Source: Vicugna vicugna
Lineage: Eukaryota
NCBI GenBank assembly: GCA_013265495.1
Contig: MU058065.1
Coordinates: 6,324,302-6,388,301, forward strand
Length of the DNA stretch: 64,000 bases
Direction: 5' to 3'
A program made the translations under genes and the position numbers. This document shows positions 37,690 to 56,817 of the stretch, one piece after another. Position 1 is the first letter of the stretch. The number at the start of each line of letters is the position of its first letter. The notes beneath the pieces were generated by a model. The model made no database searches and was not told the origin of the DNA. It saw only the letters and a list, made by a program, of their open reading frames with translations.

Positions 37690-38140
37690 AACGCACTTCC
37701 CTTATAGTTGGCTTCCTGCACTGAAGAGGCTGGAAAGCTAAAAACTACAATCCCCAGACTCTCTTGAAGCTAGAGTTCCAGGCTGGACTTAGGCTCCACT
37801 GGTGCCTCAGCTGTACAGACAGAGATTTGGAAGGTGGTCCTGAGGCAGAGACTATGCTTCTGCTGGTCCTGCTCTTTCTGCTGTCAGGGGCAATCAGGAG
37901 GAGGGGACATCTTTTTGCCTTTTTCTTTAGCCAGCACAGCCCTGGGAGACATGGAGTAGCTCTGGGGCCAACAGTTGTTGTAAGAGTTTCCCAACTCTCA
38001 TCCTCCTAAGTGTGGCCAACGATGGGGTTTCCCAGGCTGAACAGCCCCCTAGTGGTGTCCTTAGGGTCATTCCTGTAGGCCTGGCCTACAGCTCTTCCAA
38101 CCATTTTTGAGGCAAATCATTGCCTTTATCTAAGCACTTT
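37690..38140. mobile_element. Old ERVL/MaLR-class LTR (LTR41/LTR33-like) carrying a CTCF motif
   Basis: gaggctggaaagctaaaaactacaatccccagactctcttgaagctag resembles this LTR group. Family tentative. Confidence 0.45.
38042..38055 (-). promoter_or_regulatory. CTCF motif (reverse orientation) between the 3' ends of PRKAG3 and CYP27A1
   Basis: Reverse complement CCACTAGGGGGCTG. Confidence 0.55.
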
Positions 38141-38408
38141 CTTTTCAAAAGAGGGTGCCCCTCGCAGTGCCTGGGGAATTGCTCTGCAGCTTCTGCTTGG
38201 GCAAGGCCCAGCCAATGCCAGGTGAAGCCAAGGCCTCTCTTTGAGTTCTGGGAAAGCATATGGTATTCTCAGTTTCCATTGAAAGAGGGCTCTGCCTCCC
38301 ACCAAGTTCTCTAGGTGGGGAGAGGGTATTCCCCAACTACAGAAAGAAGGTTCAGATGCTGGTCATCAAAAAGAATGACAAAGGTCTCCAGTTATCAGTA
38401 AAACCCCC

Positions 38409-38414
38409 TTTATT
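38409..38414 (-). terminator. CYP27A1: CYP27A1 polyadenylation signal
   Basis: tttatt (AATAAA on the minus strand) about 210 nt after the stop codon. Confidence 0.75.
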
Positions 38415-38625
38415 CTATATTTTCTGTCAGGTTAGCAATGTGACATGGAAGTGGCCTTTTATCTGAGAGGAAGATGCTCAAAATGATAAAAGTGGCAAAA
38501 GCTCAGGGTTCTACAGGAAGTGCACTGAGTTTCTCCGACTCCTGGTACCTGGCAGCCCCTTTCTCTCCCTCCTCATGTGCCAGGGAGGGAGGGAGGGGGC
38601 TGTCCCAGGACGGCAGAGGCCCAGC

Positions 38626-45181
<6,556 letters not shown>

Positions 45182-45989
45182 CTGTGGGGTTCAACCAAAG
45201 CTGAATAACCATGGCCCCAGCCAGGCAGGCACTTCCTGGAGAGGAAACAGGTTGGGGGAATAGCTGATGCCACACCAAAGCAAGCGGGCTGGGTAAAAGC
45301 ACATTTTGTAGGAGGTGGGCACTGGGATGGCCTATAGTCCCAAAAGAACACTGGGGAAAAAAAAGGGCACACATGAGTTAGAATATTGAGAGCAATGAGT
45401 ATCTCTTGGAACTGTGGGAATTAAGGTCCTTGGAGGAATGAGATTTCAGAAAAATGGGATATGTGCAATGGGCAAACAGGTATGCTGAGGTATAGATATT
45501 TGGGGTTCAGGGTTTTAGTGAGATATAGTAGCATGTCTACAGTTTCATCATAGAAGCATTTAAATCTCCTGTAGCTTGCTGTCAATGGGATGAAAATAAA
45601 CATTTCATGTTACTAACAAGAAAAAAGAAACAAAATTTGAAACTTCAGGAAAAACAAGAAGCTGAATGAGAAAGTCAAGAGGTAAATATGAAGTAAGCTA
45701 TGTGGTATGAATTTTTTAATATAAAATTTTTCAGCTATGTTAAGGAATATAATTCTCAAATATTTTATCTTAGAATTTCTAAAGCACTTGACAGTGCCCA
45801 AAACATTTATGAAATTGACATTGCAATGATGTTTTTATAGTTGCTGAAAATGAGGGAGAAAATAAATATATTTAGGTTTTTTTAGGGGGTAAAATTTTAA
45901 AAGAATCCAGAAATAGTAAGACTAAATTTACTGGCTAAGTTACACCTACAGACTGAAAGAAAATGAAACATACTGCTTTCCCAGGTACT

Positions 45990-46451
45990 TCATCGTTCAT
46001 AATCTGTTACTGAAGAGGTTTTAAGAGTATCAGATTCCAGTATAGAAATTAGGCCAAAGGGCTTCTGAAAAAGAAACACTAAAATCATGGAGAAGAGATT
46101 TATTGTTCAAATTAGAGAAAGAAACTTTACCCAACTCGTAGTCCAGAAAAACACCAATGTTACTGAGTCTTACTATCAGCATTAAATCCTGGGTTCTCGG
46201 GGGTGGGTATAGCTCAATGATAGAGTGCAAGCTTAGCATGCACGAGGTCCTGGGTTCAACCCCCAGTATAAATAAAAACTGGTTCTCCTAGGACCAGTGC
46301 AACCTGATTGTCCTCCATATATTACCCAATTGCCCAGAATTCACCCTGAACAGAAGGGCTGATTCTGCCAGTTCCCAAGAAGACAGTCTTGACAAACCCC
46401 CAGTGTTCACATAGAACTGATTCCCACCTCTACCTCCCAGGAATACCTGCC
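45990..46451 (-). pseudogene. TRIM60/61-like B30.2(SPRY)-domain retrocopy fragment, disrupted
   Basis: Minus strand GRYSWEVEVGISSM*TLGVCQDCLLGNWQNQP, frameshift, SVQGEFWAIG*YM..., then after a SINE: IVRLSNIGVFLDYELGKVSFSNLNNKSLLHDFSVSFSEALWPNFYTG. Resembles the TRIM60 C-terminus as I recall it. Confidence 0.8.
46199..46275 (+). mobile_element. tRNA-derived SINE (camelid Vic-like)
   Basis: GGGTATAGCTCAATGATAGAGTGC...GAGGTCCTGGGTTCAACCCCCAGTA with A/B boxes and an A-rich tail; degenerate TSD AAATCCTGGGTTCTC / AAAAACTGGTTCTC. Confidence 0.85.
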
Positions 46452-47574
46452 AATGTGGTACAATTTTGAACAATTGGTTGTCTGTAAACTACAGTGGTTC
46501 CTGGAGGGAAATGAGCATATTCATACATTGCCTGTGGGAGTCTAAAATGACACAACCCTAGATGGAGGACAATTTGTTCATATTTATAAAAATTATAAAC
46601 ACACTTACAAAGTCTGGGACATCTGCATAATGAAATATTCTATCACCTCAAAAAGAGGATGTAACAGCTCCTTACATAGTAATGTAGAAAGACTGTAATA
46701 TGGAAAGATAGATAGCCAAGATAGATTGTTAAATGGAAAAGACCGGGGAGCTAAATAAGAATATATAGTATTTGCATGTGCTTTCATAGGGAAACACTGG
46801 ATTGATACATCAGAAGCTAATTAAAGTGATTACCTATAGGAGGGTGGAAGGGACAGCTGTGGGGAGTAGGACTGTGAAATGTTATATATTTTTTTTGAGT
46901 TTTGAATTATGAGAATGTATTCAAAATTTTTAAGCTAAAGGGGAAAAAAAGAACGTGTTTTCTGAAAAAGTAAATCACCCATCATTGATTAAGCCATTCC
47001 AGAAAGCAGGAAAGACTTGCTGAACCTCTAAATTCATGCATGTATATACTCAGATTTAAAAGTGGGCTCTAGTCATGTTCATTTTGTTTATTTTGTTAAA
47101 GGTGCCATTAAAAAAGAATACTTAATATATCTATTTTTCTCTACTAAATTCCTTAGGAGAATTATCCTAAAAGTAAGCTTAATTTATGTTTCCAGTTTTG
47201 TTTAATATATCAATAAAATAAAATAATAATAACTATAAATATTTCTGTGGAGCTTAGCATAAACCAGACACTGCTCCAAGCACTTTATTTACATTAGCCC
47301 ATTCAGCCCTGACTACAGCTGTTATGAGGTAGGTGTAATATTATCACAATTTTGCAGATGAGGAAACTGAGGCCCAAAGAGGTTGTCCAAGGTCACATTA
47401 CCTGTAAATGGCAGAGTCAGGGTTCAAACTCAGACTATTTGGCTGGAGGCCATGCTCTCAACCGCTTACTCGGCCGATGCTCGAAAAAGCTGACTATGCC
47501 TTACCAACTGGAAACAAACATAAGCCCTTTTAAAAAAATATATGCTATTTAAAACCACCACAACTATGCAGTAA

Positions 47575-47755
47575 CCCAGGGTTTCTCATGGCACTGCTGA
47601 CATTTGGGGCTGGATAATTCTTTGTTGTAGCAAACTGTCCTATGCATTGTAGGATGTTTAGCAGCACCCCTAGGCTTTACCCCAGCAGCCCCCAACCAAG
47701 TTGTGAAATGTCCCTGGGGGGACAAAATCCCCTCAGGCTGAGAACTTCTACAATA
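47575..47755. mobile_element. MER20-like hAT DNA transposon
   Basis: gacatttggggctggataattctttgttgt...tgcattgtaggatgtttagcagcacccct...gctgagaac. Confidence 0.7.
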
Positions 47756-49043
47756 GCCCCAACCTCTTAATCTGTCTCTTAATTCTCTAATTTTGGAAGA
47801 CTCTTTTAAAGAAATAAGATCTCATGTGGAAGAAATATTTATCTGAAGCTTGGTTTCCTCTCCTTCTGTAAGTTCGTGTAAAATTACATGCAATTTTTCT
47901 ATAATAATGTAAACAGTGGTTATCTCTGAGTCATAGTTTATAGATAGTTTACTTTTTTCCCTATACTGTGATTTGGTTTCCAAATTTTCTACCATGATCT
48001 TGGAATCAGGGGGAAAAAGTAATGTTTTAAAAGACAAGATCAATAACCATTTACTTGGGCACCAGCTTCTTCCCTGGAATCCAAAGCCTCTAGCAAAACT
48101 CCCCTGCTGTCAGTTTGGTGGTTTCTGGAATATTTCCCCCTGTGCCTACAGCATGCTTTCTTCCCTCTTCCTTCATATTCCTCTTCTCTCTTCGTTTACT
48201 TGGTGGAACTTAACAAGGATCTATTTATGTAAGAACTTATTTTAGAAAGACATTAGTATACTTGCTGAGAGATGTGTGCTATGTCTGTGAGCCTACCATT
48301 AGGCCGTAACCTGAACCAGTTGGAGAGCCCCAAGTTCTCTCATAGGTCCTGCCTAAGTGCCACTTTGCAGAACAGAGTCCCCTAGGAACTATCTCCCAGG
48401 ATGAATGGAAGGGCTAGCCTCCGCCAGATAAGACTCTAAAGTTGCAGAATATTGAATTCATTCAACAGCTCACATCCTGTTCCTCCTCTACTGATCTAGA
48501 AGCTGGGGATACAGCTGTGACCTACCCTGAGACAATCTATTCATGAGCCACACGGTTGAGAACTGGATTATATATACTCATAAATTGTTTCCTAATTATT
48601 TTGCAGATATCTTATCTCTTCAACTAGATTGAAATCTTTAAGGGCAAGAACTATGTCATACTTCTTTATCCCTCTCATATAGTTTGACACACTATTAATC
48701 ACATTATATTCAATAAATGTTTAGTAGTTGTCAATGAATCAAGTGAAAGAAAAAAAAGTTGCAGACAATACAAAGAATATGAGAGAGAGACAGAGACAGA
48801 AAGGAAGTGGTACAATGATACATAGGAAACATAAAAGTGGCTCCACTGGGTGGGCATTCATCTTTAAAGTCTGGGAGGATAATCTGAAAAGGAAAATAAG
48901 AAACTAATTCTAATACATAATTGTAATAGCATCTGCTATGGACTGAACAGTTGCATTGCCCCCAGATTTCTGTGTTGAAGCCCTAACACTCACTGTGGCT
49001 GTATTTACAGAGGAGGCATCTAGGAAAATAAAGACTAAGTAAG

Positions 49044-49165
49044 GGGAGAGTATAGCTCAGAGGTAGAGTGCATGCATAGCAGGCATGAGGTCCTGGGTTC
49101 AATCCCCAGTACTTCCATTTAAATAAACAAACAAACAAACAAACCTAATTACCTCCTCCAAAATT
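49044..49165 (+). mobile_element. tRNA-derived SINE (camelid Vic-like)
   Basis: GGGAGAGTATAGCTCAGAGGTAGAGTGC...GAGGTCCTGGGTTCAATCCCCAGTAC, (AAAC)n, cctaattacctcc tail; same family as the copy at 46199. Confidence 0.88.
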
Positions 49166-49178
49166 TTTTTTAATTTTA

Positions 49179-52100
49179 AAACAATTTTAAGAAGATAGAA
49201 ATTGTCCCAAGCATCTTTACTGACCACAATGCCATGAAACTAGAAATCAACTACAGAGAAACAAAGGGGAAAAAAAAGGAAAGCATGGAGATTAAACAAC
49301 ATGTTATCAAAAAACCAATGGGTCAATGATGAAATCAAAGTTGAAATTAAAAAATGCTTTGAGACAAATGAAAATGAAAACACAACTACACAAAATTTAT
49401 GGGACAGAGCAAAGGCAGTGCTAAGAGGGAAGTTTACAGCAATACAGGCCTTCCTCAAAAAAGAAGAACAATCTCAAATAAACAATCTAACCCACCAGCT
49501 AAATGAATTAGAAAAAGAGCAAAAAACCTCAAAAGCCAGCAGAAGGAAGGAAATAATAAAGATCAGGGAGGAAATAAATAAAATAGAGATTAAAAAAAAC
49601 ATAGAAAGAATCAATCAAACAAAAAGCTGGTTTTTTGAAAAAGTAAATAAAATTGACAAACCTCTGGCCAAACTGACAAAGAAGAAAAAAGAGAGAGCAC
49701 AAAAAGCAAAATAAGAAAGGAAAATGGAGAAATTACAACAAATAACATAGAAATACAGAATATCATATGAGAATATTATGAAAAACTATATGGAACCAAA
49801 ACGGATAACCTAGAGGAGATGGACAAGTTTCTGGAAACATACAGTCCACCAAGACTGAATTAAGAAGAAACTGACCACTTGAACAAACCAATCACTAGAA
49901 ATGAAATTGAATTAGCAGTAAAAAAAAACTCCCTACAAATAAAAGTCCAGGACCAGACAGCTTCACTGGGGAATTCTATCAAACATACAAAGAACAACTC
50001 ACACCAGTCCTTCTCAAACTCTTTCAGAAGACTGAAAAGGAGGGAACACTTCCAAACTCATTCTATAAAGCCACCATCATCCTGATACCAAAACCAGGCA
50101 AAGACACTACCAAAAAAGAGAATTATAGGCCAATATCACTGAACATAGATGCAAAACTACTCACCAAAATATTAGCAAATAGAATCCAACAGCACATAAA
50201 AAAGATTATACATCATGACCAAGTGGGGCTCATCCCAGGGACACAAGGGTGGTTCAACATATACAAATCAATCAATGTATACATCATATCAACAAAAGAA
50301 AGGACAAAAACCATGTGATCATCTCAATAGATGGAGAAAAAGCTTTTGATAAAATTCAACACCCATTTATGATAAAAACTCTCACCAAAGTGGGTATAGA
50401 GGGAACATATCTCAACATAATAAAAGCTATATATGACACACATACAGCCAGCATAGTACTCAAAGGTGAAAAACTCAAAAGCTTCCCACTAAAATCTGGG
50501 ACAAGACAAGGATGCCCACTATCACCAGTCCTATTCAACATAGTCTTGGAAGTCCTAGCCACAGCAATTAGGCAAGAGAGAGAAATAAAAGGGATCCAAA
50601 TTGGAAAAGAAGAGGTAAAAGTGTCACTATATGCCAATAGCATGTTACTATATATAGAAAACCCTAAAAGGTCCACACAAAAACCACTAGAGCTGATTGA
50701 AGAATTCAGCAAGGTAGCAGGTTACAAGATTAACGTTCAAAAATCAGTTGCATTTCTTTACAATAACGATGAATCAACAGAAAAAGAAAGTAAAGAAACA
50801 ATCCCCTTTAAAATAGCACCCAAAGTAATAAAATACCTAGGAATAAATCTAACCAAGGAGGTGAAAGAATTATATACAGAAAACTATAAACCATTGATGA
50901 AGGAAATTAAAGAAGACTTTAAAAAAATGGAAAGACATCTCATGCTTCTGGATTGGAAGAATCAGTATTGTTAAAATGGTCATACTGCCCAAGGCAATCT
51001 ACAGATTTAATGCAATCTCTATCAAATTATCCAGGATATATTTCACAGAACTAGAACAAATCATAATAAAATTTATATGGAACCACTAAAGACCGAGAAT
51101 TGCCAAAGCATTACTAAAGAAAAAGAAAGAGGCTGGAGGAATAACTCTCCCAGACTTCAGACAATACTACAGAGCTACAGTCATCAAGATAGCATGGTAT
51201 TGGTACCAAAACAGACATATAGACCAATGGAACAGAATAGAGAGCCCAGAAATGAACCCACAAAATTTTGGTCAACTAATCTTCGACAAAGGAGGCAAGA
51301 ATATACAATGGAATAAAGACAGTCTCTTCAGCAAATGGTGTTGGGAAAACTGGACAGCAGCATGTAAATCAGTGAAGCTAGAACACTCCCTTACACCATA
51401 CACAAAAATAAACTCAAAATGGATCAAAGACTTAAACTAAGACAAGATAAAATAAACCTCCTAGAAGAAAATACAGGCAAAACATTATGTGACATACATC
51501 TCAAAAATGTTCTCCTAAGACAGCCTACCTAAGCAATAGAAATAAAACCAAGAATAAACAAATGGGGCCTAATTAAACTTACAAGCTTCTGCACAGCAAA
51601 GGAAACCATAAGTAAAACAAAAAGACAACCTACGGAATGGGAGAAAATTTTTGCAAATGAAACTGACAAAGGCTTGATCTCCAGAATATATAAGCAGCTC
51701 ATATAACTTAATAAGAAAAAACAAACAACCCAATCCAAAAATGGGCAAAGATCTAAACAAGCAATTCTCCAATGAAGAAATTCAAATGATCAACAGGCAC
51801 ATGAAAAAATGCTCAATATCACTAATTATCAGAGAAATTCAAATCAAAACTACAATGAGGTATCACCTCACACCAGTCAGAATGGCCATCATTCAAAAAC
51901 CCACAAATGACAAATGCTGGAGAGGCTGTGGAGAAAGGGGAACCCTCCTACACTGCTGGTGGGAATGCAGTTTGGTGCAGCCACTGTGGAAAACAGTATG
52001 GAGATTCCTCAAACGAATAGGAATAGACTTACTGTATGACCCAGGAATCCCGCTCCTGGGCATATATCCAGAAGGAACCTTACTTCAAAATGACACCTGC

Positions 52101-52667
52101 ACCCCAATGTTCATAGCAGCACTATTTACAATAGCCAAGACATGGAAACAGCCTAAATGTCCATCAACAGATGACTGGATAAAGAAGTAGTGGTATATTT
52201 ATACAATGGAATACTATTCAGCCATAAAAACCGACAACATAACGCCATCTGCAGCAACATGGATGCTCCTGGAGAATGTCATTCTAAGTGAAGTAAGCCA
52301 GAAAGAGAAAGAAAAATACCATACGAGATCGCTCATATGTGAAATCTAAAAATAAATAAGTAAACAAACAAATAAATAAATAAAAAACAGAAACAGACTC
52401 ATAGACATAGAACACAAACTTGTGGTTACCAAGGGGGTGGGGGGTGGGAAGGGACAGACTGGGATTTCAAAAATAAGATTATACTGTATAGCACAGGGAA
52501 ATATATATAAGATCTAATGGTAGCTCATAGAGGAAAAAATGTGACAATGAATATATGTATGTTCATGTATAACTGAAGAATTGTGATCTACACTGGAATT
52601 TGACACAACATTGAAAAATGATTATAACTCAATAAAAAAATGTTAGAAAAAAAAAAAAGAAAGAAAG
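49179..52667 (+). mobile_element. 5'-truncated LINE-1 (about 3.5 kb, most of ORF2 plus 3'UTR and polyA), inactive, antisense to CYP27A1
   Basis: ORF2 pieces: EN end ([12 protein letters not shown]), RT ([10 protein letters not shown]; the catalytic YADD-type motif reads YANS), CCHC region ([16 protein letters not shown]). Several stops and frameshifts. Same family as the L1 at 17395. Confidence 0.97.
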
Positions 52668-55437
52668 AAAGATTAAATAAGAGTGGGGCCCTGATCCAAT
52701 ACAATTGGATTGTCCTCATAAGAAGAGACATGAGTAAATTCTGGTGTAGCATTATGATGGAATGCTATTCAGCCATTAAAAATTGTTACTAAAGTGATGA
52801 TACAGAAAGATGTTTATATTTACCTTTCAGTAAAGAGCAGGTTACAAAAAAGAGTATATGGTATGCTTTCATTTAAAAGTGCATTTATGTGTAGATGACA
52901 CATAGGGAAACTGTGGAAGCCTATTCACCAAGGACAAGCAAGCAGGGATAAAGCTTACTTATTCCCAAGCTCATGTGTATATTTATGTATTCATTTCACA
53001 AATGCTTATTAAGCACCTATGTGTACAAGGCACTGTGACACGTAGCAGGTGCTGGGACAATGGAAGATTTGGATTTTCTTCTTTCTGTGTCTATATTTTT
53101 TGATTTCTCTACAATAAACATATATTGCTTCTGCAAATTATTTCAACCAAGTTGAAATGACATTTTCTCTTAATCACAAATAAACAGCATATACTTCATA
53201 TTTATGTGATTTTTTTTAAACAAGGATAATTTTTATAGGAAAAAAGTACCTGTCTCGTTTCATGGGTTTTTATCCCAGGTTGGTCATCCACAGCAGGCAG
53301 TATCAGTTGAGGGGTCAGGGGCTACTTGGCAGGAGATTTTGTCCTGGTTCCAGTCCCAGCATCAAGGGGCTCTGTCACTTTTGGGGGGTAATAGCTTGGC
53401 CAAGGCACCCTCAGAATTTGCGTGCACCCACAGACACAAAGGCTTGAACCCAGCCTTCCCTGAGTCTTCAGGACTGAATGCCCTTTGATCCTCCAGGAAT
53501 TGGACTGAAGGCCTGCTGGGAGCTGCCACCAGGCTACTGCACACTCCTTCCCTATGTCGCCTCATGGGCATATGTCCCTATATCCTGAGACAGTTTCCTA
53601 TTCTCTCTGGGTTCTGATGCGTGTGGGTGTTCTGCTCAGAAGAGAGCGGCATAATACAAAACTGCCTTGCTGCAGTCTAGGAGGGATTTGCTGCTCCTCA
53701 ACCGGGATCCAGCAGCCTTGCATCGCAGTCAATCGACCCCTTTTGTTTCAAGGTGTCCTTTTAACATTTTGCGTGTGTGGGTGATGGTGGAGGCTAGTCC
53801 TCCCACTAGGGATTTGTGCGGCCAGGTTAGGGAGAGAAGACCAGCAGTGCAGAGGAGTAGGGGGTCTTCCCACAGCACCATCTGTCAGTAAGAGGCCACT
53901 GAAATCTGCAAGTGCAAAGCTGCACTTCCGGGTTGGGTGGAGTTGCCCACCTGTGCTGTTTCTCCCACCCTACCTCTCCCCTCCCCTCCTCTCCCCTTCT
54001 CTCCTCTCTCCTCTCCCCTTAAGCTTCCAGCCACCTTAGAATTTCTGAAGGCCCTGTGTTAAATCCTTTGGTTTTGTTTAAAAGTGACTAATAGTTTGGG
54101 GCAAGAACAGCACTGACGAAAGAACAAAAGGGAAAGCAATTCTGAGGGTGAGAGGCTGGTGAGGCCACTCCTCCTACCTACTGTGGCCAAAATGTGAAAC
54201 CAGTTATGAAATATTTAATTACGTTGGTTCCCAAAGTGTTAAGAAACTTCCCCTGAAGTCCAAACGTTTCATTGTATAATGACATCTTGTTGATTAGCAA
54301 GTTGAAGGTCTCAGCAGGAGTGACTGCTAAGCCCCAACAAGGTTCAGAGTCAGCTTGTCAAGTGGTTTCTGGAAACACGAACCCCTCTGGCAGTCAGAGA
54401 AAAACTGCTGCCTTTTACCAACTAAAAAGCCGTATGTTCCTGGTATAAAAGTTATACCTGCAAAAGGAACCACACTCTCGGGGTGTTGCCCTGCTGCTCC
54501 TGACAGACTGACTAGGTGAGGTTTTGAACCCTCTCTTCCCCGAAGCTGAAGTCATGACATCCTTTTAGAAAAAAGACAGCAAGAACACAGCAGGCTGTCT
54601 CTCAAGGTATGGAATAGGATCCTGGTGGGCAATGGTTGCTGATGTTTAGTGACAAGGGGACAAGGGTCCTTGAACGTTGGCCCCGAGAACCCTGATGAGT
54701 TGTGTTGGTGTTTAGAGTAACAGGGAGAGGGGCCCTTACAATTTTTAAAAAGCATTCTGTGGTTGTTCCTTATCCTTCTGTATCACCAGAAAAGTGAAAT
54801 TGCTTGGCTAGGACAGGTGACTATGACCATAGATAAAATATTCCCTTGTCATCAAAGGATGACAAGATATACTGAGGTCCCTTCTTATAAGGAGCAGGAA
54901 AGGAGAAAATAGAGGTAGGTTGGCTAAAAGCCTAATGAGACTCCCTCTAGAAGTTTGGTTGCACCAGCGAACAGTTCTGCTGGTTGAGGAGGAATGGAAA
55001 TTAATGCATCACCTAATGGCTGACCCTAGGCTCCCAGCTACTCTGGCATGAAGACCTTACTGATGACATGAGCATGAAGGAAGAACAGACAAAGACTAAC
55101 CAGGGCTTGTTGCAGTGGGTCTTTACATCTATAATGAAGCCACCATCTCATAAACACCTGTGGATGACAAGAGGGGAAACTATAACTTCCCTTCGGGCCA
55201 CCATGACCCCCACCTAGATTTACAGTGGAAATCATACATGCCCAGATGATGAGATAGTCACTCAGGGTTAGGTGGAGCAGTGTGTTCAACAGATACCATC
55301 AATCTTTGGGAGACAGTTAAATCTTCTCTAGTGCCTCAAAGATAGATGCTAGAAAACAATTTAGCTCTGGGAAGCCAGTTCCTCAGAATGGAAGCCTAGA
55401 CACAGACTAAGATAAATGCCCTTCAGACTAAAAGGGG

Positions 55438-55847
55438 TGTTATGAGTTGAATTTTGTCCCCCTCAAGTTCATCTGTTGAAGTCCTAACCCCCAGGAGCTC
55501 AGACTGTGATCTTCTTTTAAGATAGAGTCTTTACTGAAGTAATCCAGTTAAAATGAAGTTATTAGGTTGGGCCTGAATCCAATATGACTGGGGTCCCCAT
55601 AAAAAGAGGAAATTTGGACACAGACGCACATGCATACAGGGAGAATGCCATGTGAACACAGTGATCTATAAGGCAAGAAAAGAAGCCTGGAACAGATCGT
55701 CCCCTCACAGCCCTTAGAAGGAACCAATCCTTACCAACACCTTGATTTGAGGCTTCTGGCCTCCAGAATTGGGACACAATAAATTTCTGTTGCTTAAGCC
55801 ACTCGGTTTGTGATACTTTGTTATGGCAGCCTAAGCAAACTAATATA
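55438..55847 (+). mobile_element. MLT1B-like MaLR solo LTR nested in the ERVL
   Basis: TGTTATGAGTTGAATT...AATAAATTTCTGTTGCTTAAGCCAC...GCAAACTAATATA; near-TSD AGGGG/AAGGG. Confidence 0.85.
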
Positions 55848-56416
55848 AAGGGAGACTGTAGGAATACAGACATCCAGTATGTAGGAGCATATGCACCTGG
55901 CTATTATGCCAGGGAGTCCCCAAACTAGAGATTGATGGTTTGTCTGTGAGGGAAATTTTCTCTCAATATCAGGCCATGAGAAGGCCATAAAATAGAAAGA
56001 TCCAGGTTGTAACAGGGGAGATTCCCTAGTTGGCTTTGGCATTTACGATAGACAAACAAGATCAAGGCTAAGAAGATATAGATGCCCTTGGCTGAGGTTT
56101 CTGCTGTTTGAAATGGTGTGGATCCAATGCCTTCATACCACATCTCTACCCAGATCTTACCTCCTTTGGAAACAAACAGGACTGGGGCAGAGGCAAGTCC
56201 CTCCTTCCCTAAGGAGGATCAGTTCTTATGTAATGGTCAAAGAATATTAGGGACTTGATGGCAACCAAGGTTATGAAACCTTTACAGCCTTTTTAGATAT
56301 TGGGGAACAAGTCACTCTGGTGCCAAGAAATTTCCACAGGTGTGGTTGAAAAATTACTTTAACTGGATTTGGAAGAAACTCTCAGATTGAATGATGGACT
56401 AATGTAACTTTACAGG

Positions 56417-56817
56417 TGTATTAGGTTTCTCCAGAGAAAGAGAACCAATATATATGTATATACAGAGGGAGATTTATTTTAAGAAATTTGCTCATGCAAT
56501 TATGGGAGCTGACAAGTCTGAAATTTGCAGGACAGGCCAGAAAGCTGGAAACTCCATCAGGAATAGATGTTGCAGTTTTGAGTCTGAAAGGCAGTCTGGA
56601 GGCAGAATTCCTTCCTCTTCTTGGGACTTTAGTCTTTTTACTTAAAACCTTCAAGTGGTTGGATGAGGTCCACCCACACTATGGAGGGTAAACTGCTTTA
56701 TTTAAAGTCAAATGATTTAAATGTCAATTACATCTAAAAAAAATACCTTCACAGCAATATCTAAACTGTTGTTTGACCAAACACCACAGCCTAGTCAAGT
56801 TGACACATAAAATCACA
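56417..56817 (-). mobile_element. MLT2-like ERVL solo LTR nested in the ERVL protease region
   Basis: tgtattaggtttctccagagaaagagaaccaata...cctagtcaagttgacacataaaatcaca is antisense MLT2. Confidence 0.85.

Larger units (their letters stand above)
48934..52735 (+). mobile_element. MLT1-type MaLR LTR fragment split by a SINE+L1 insertion (LTR parts 48934-49043 and 52682-52735)
   Basis: tgctatggactgaa...tgttgaagccctaac on the left continues as gtggggccctgatccaata...cataagaagagac on the right. Confidence 0.65.

Noticed and set aside
46199..46270. tRNA-like sequences here and at 49044
   Set aside because: No clean acceptor stem, plus A-rich tails and TSD context: SINEs, not tRNA genes.
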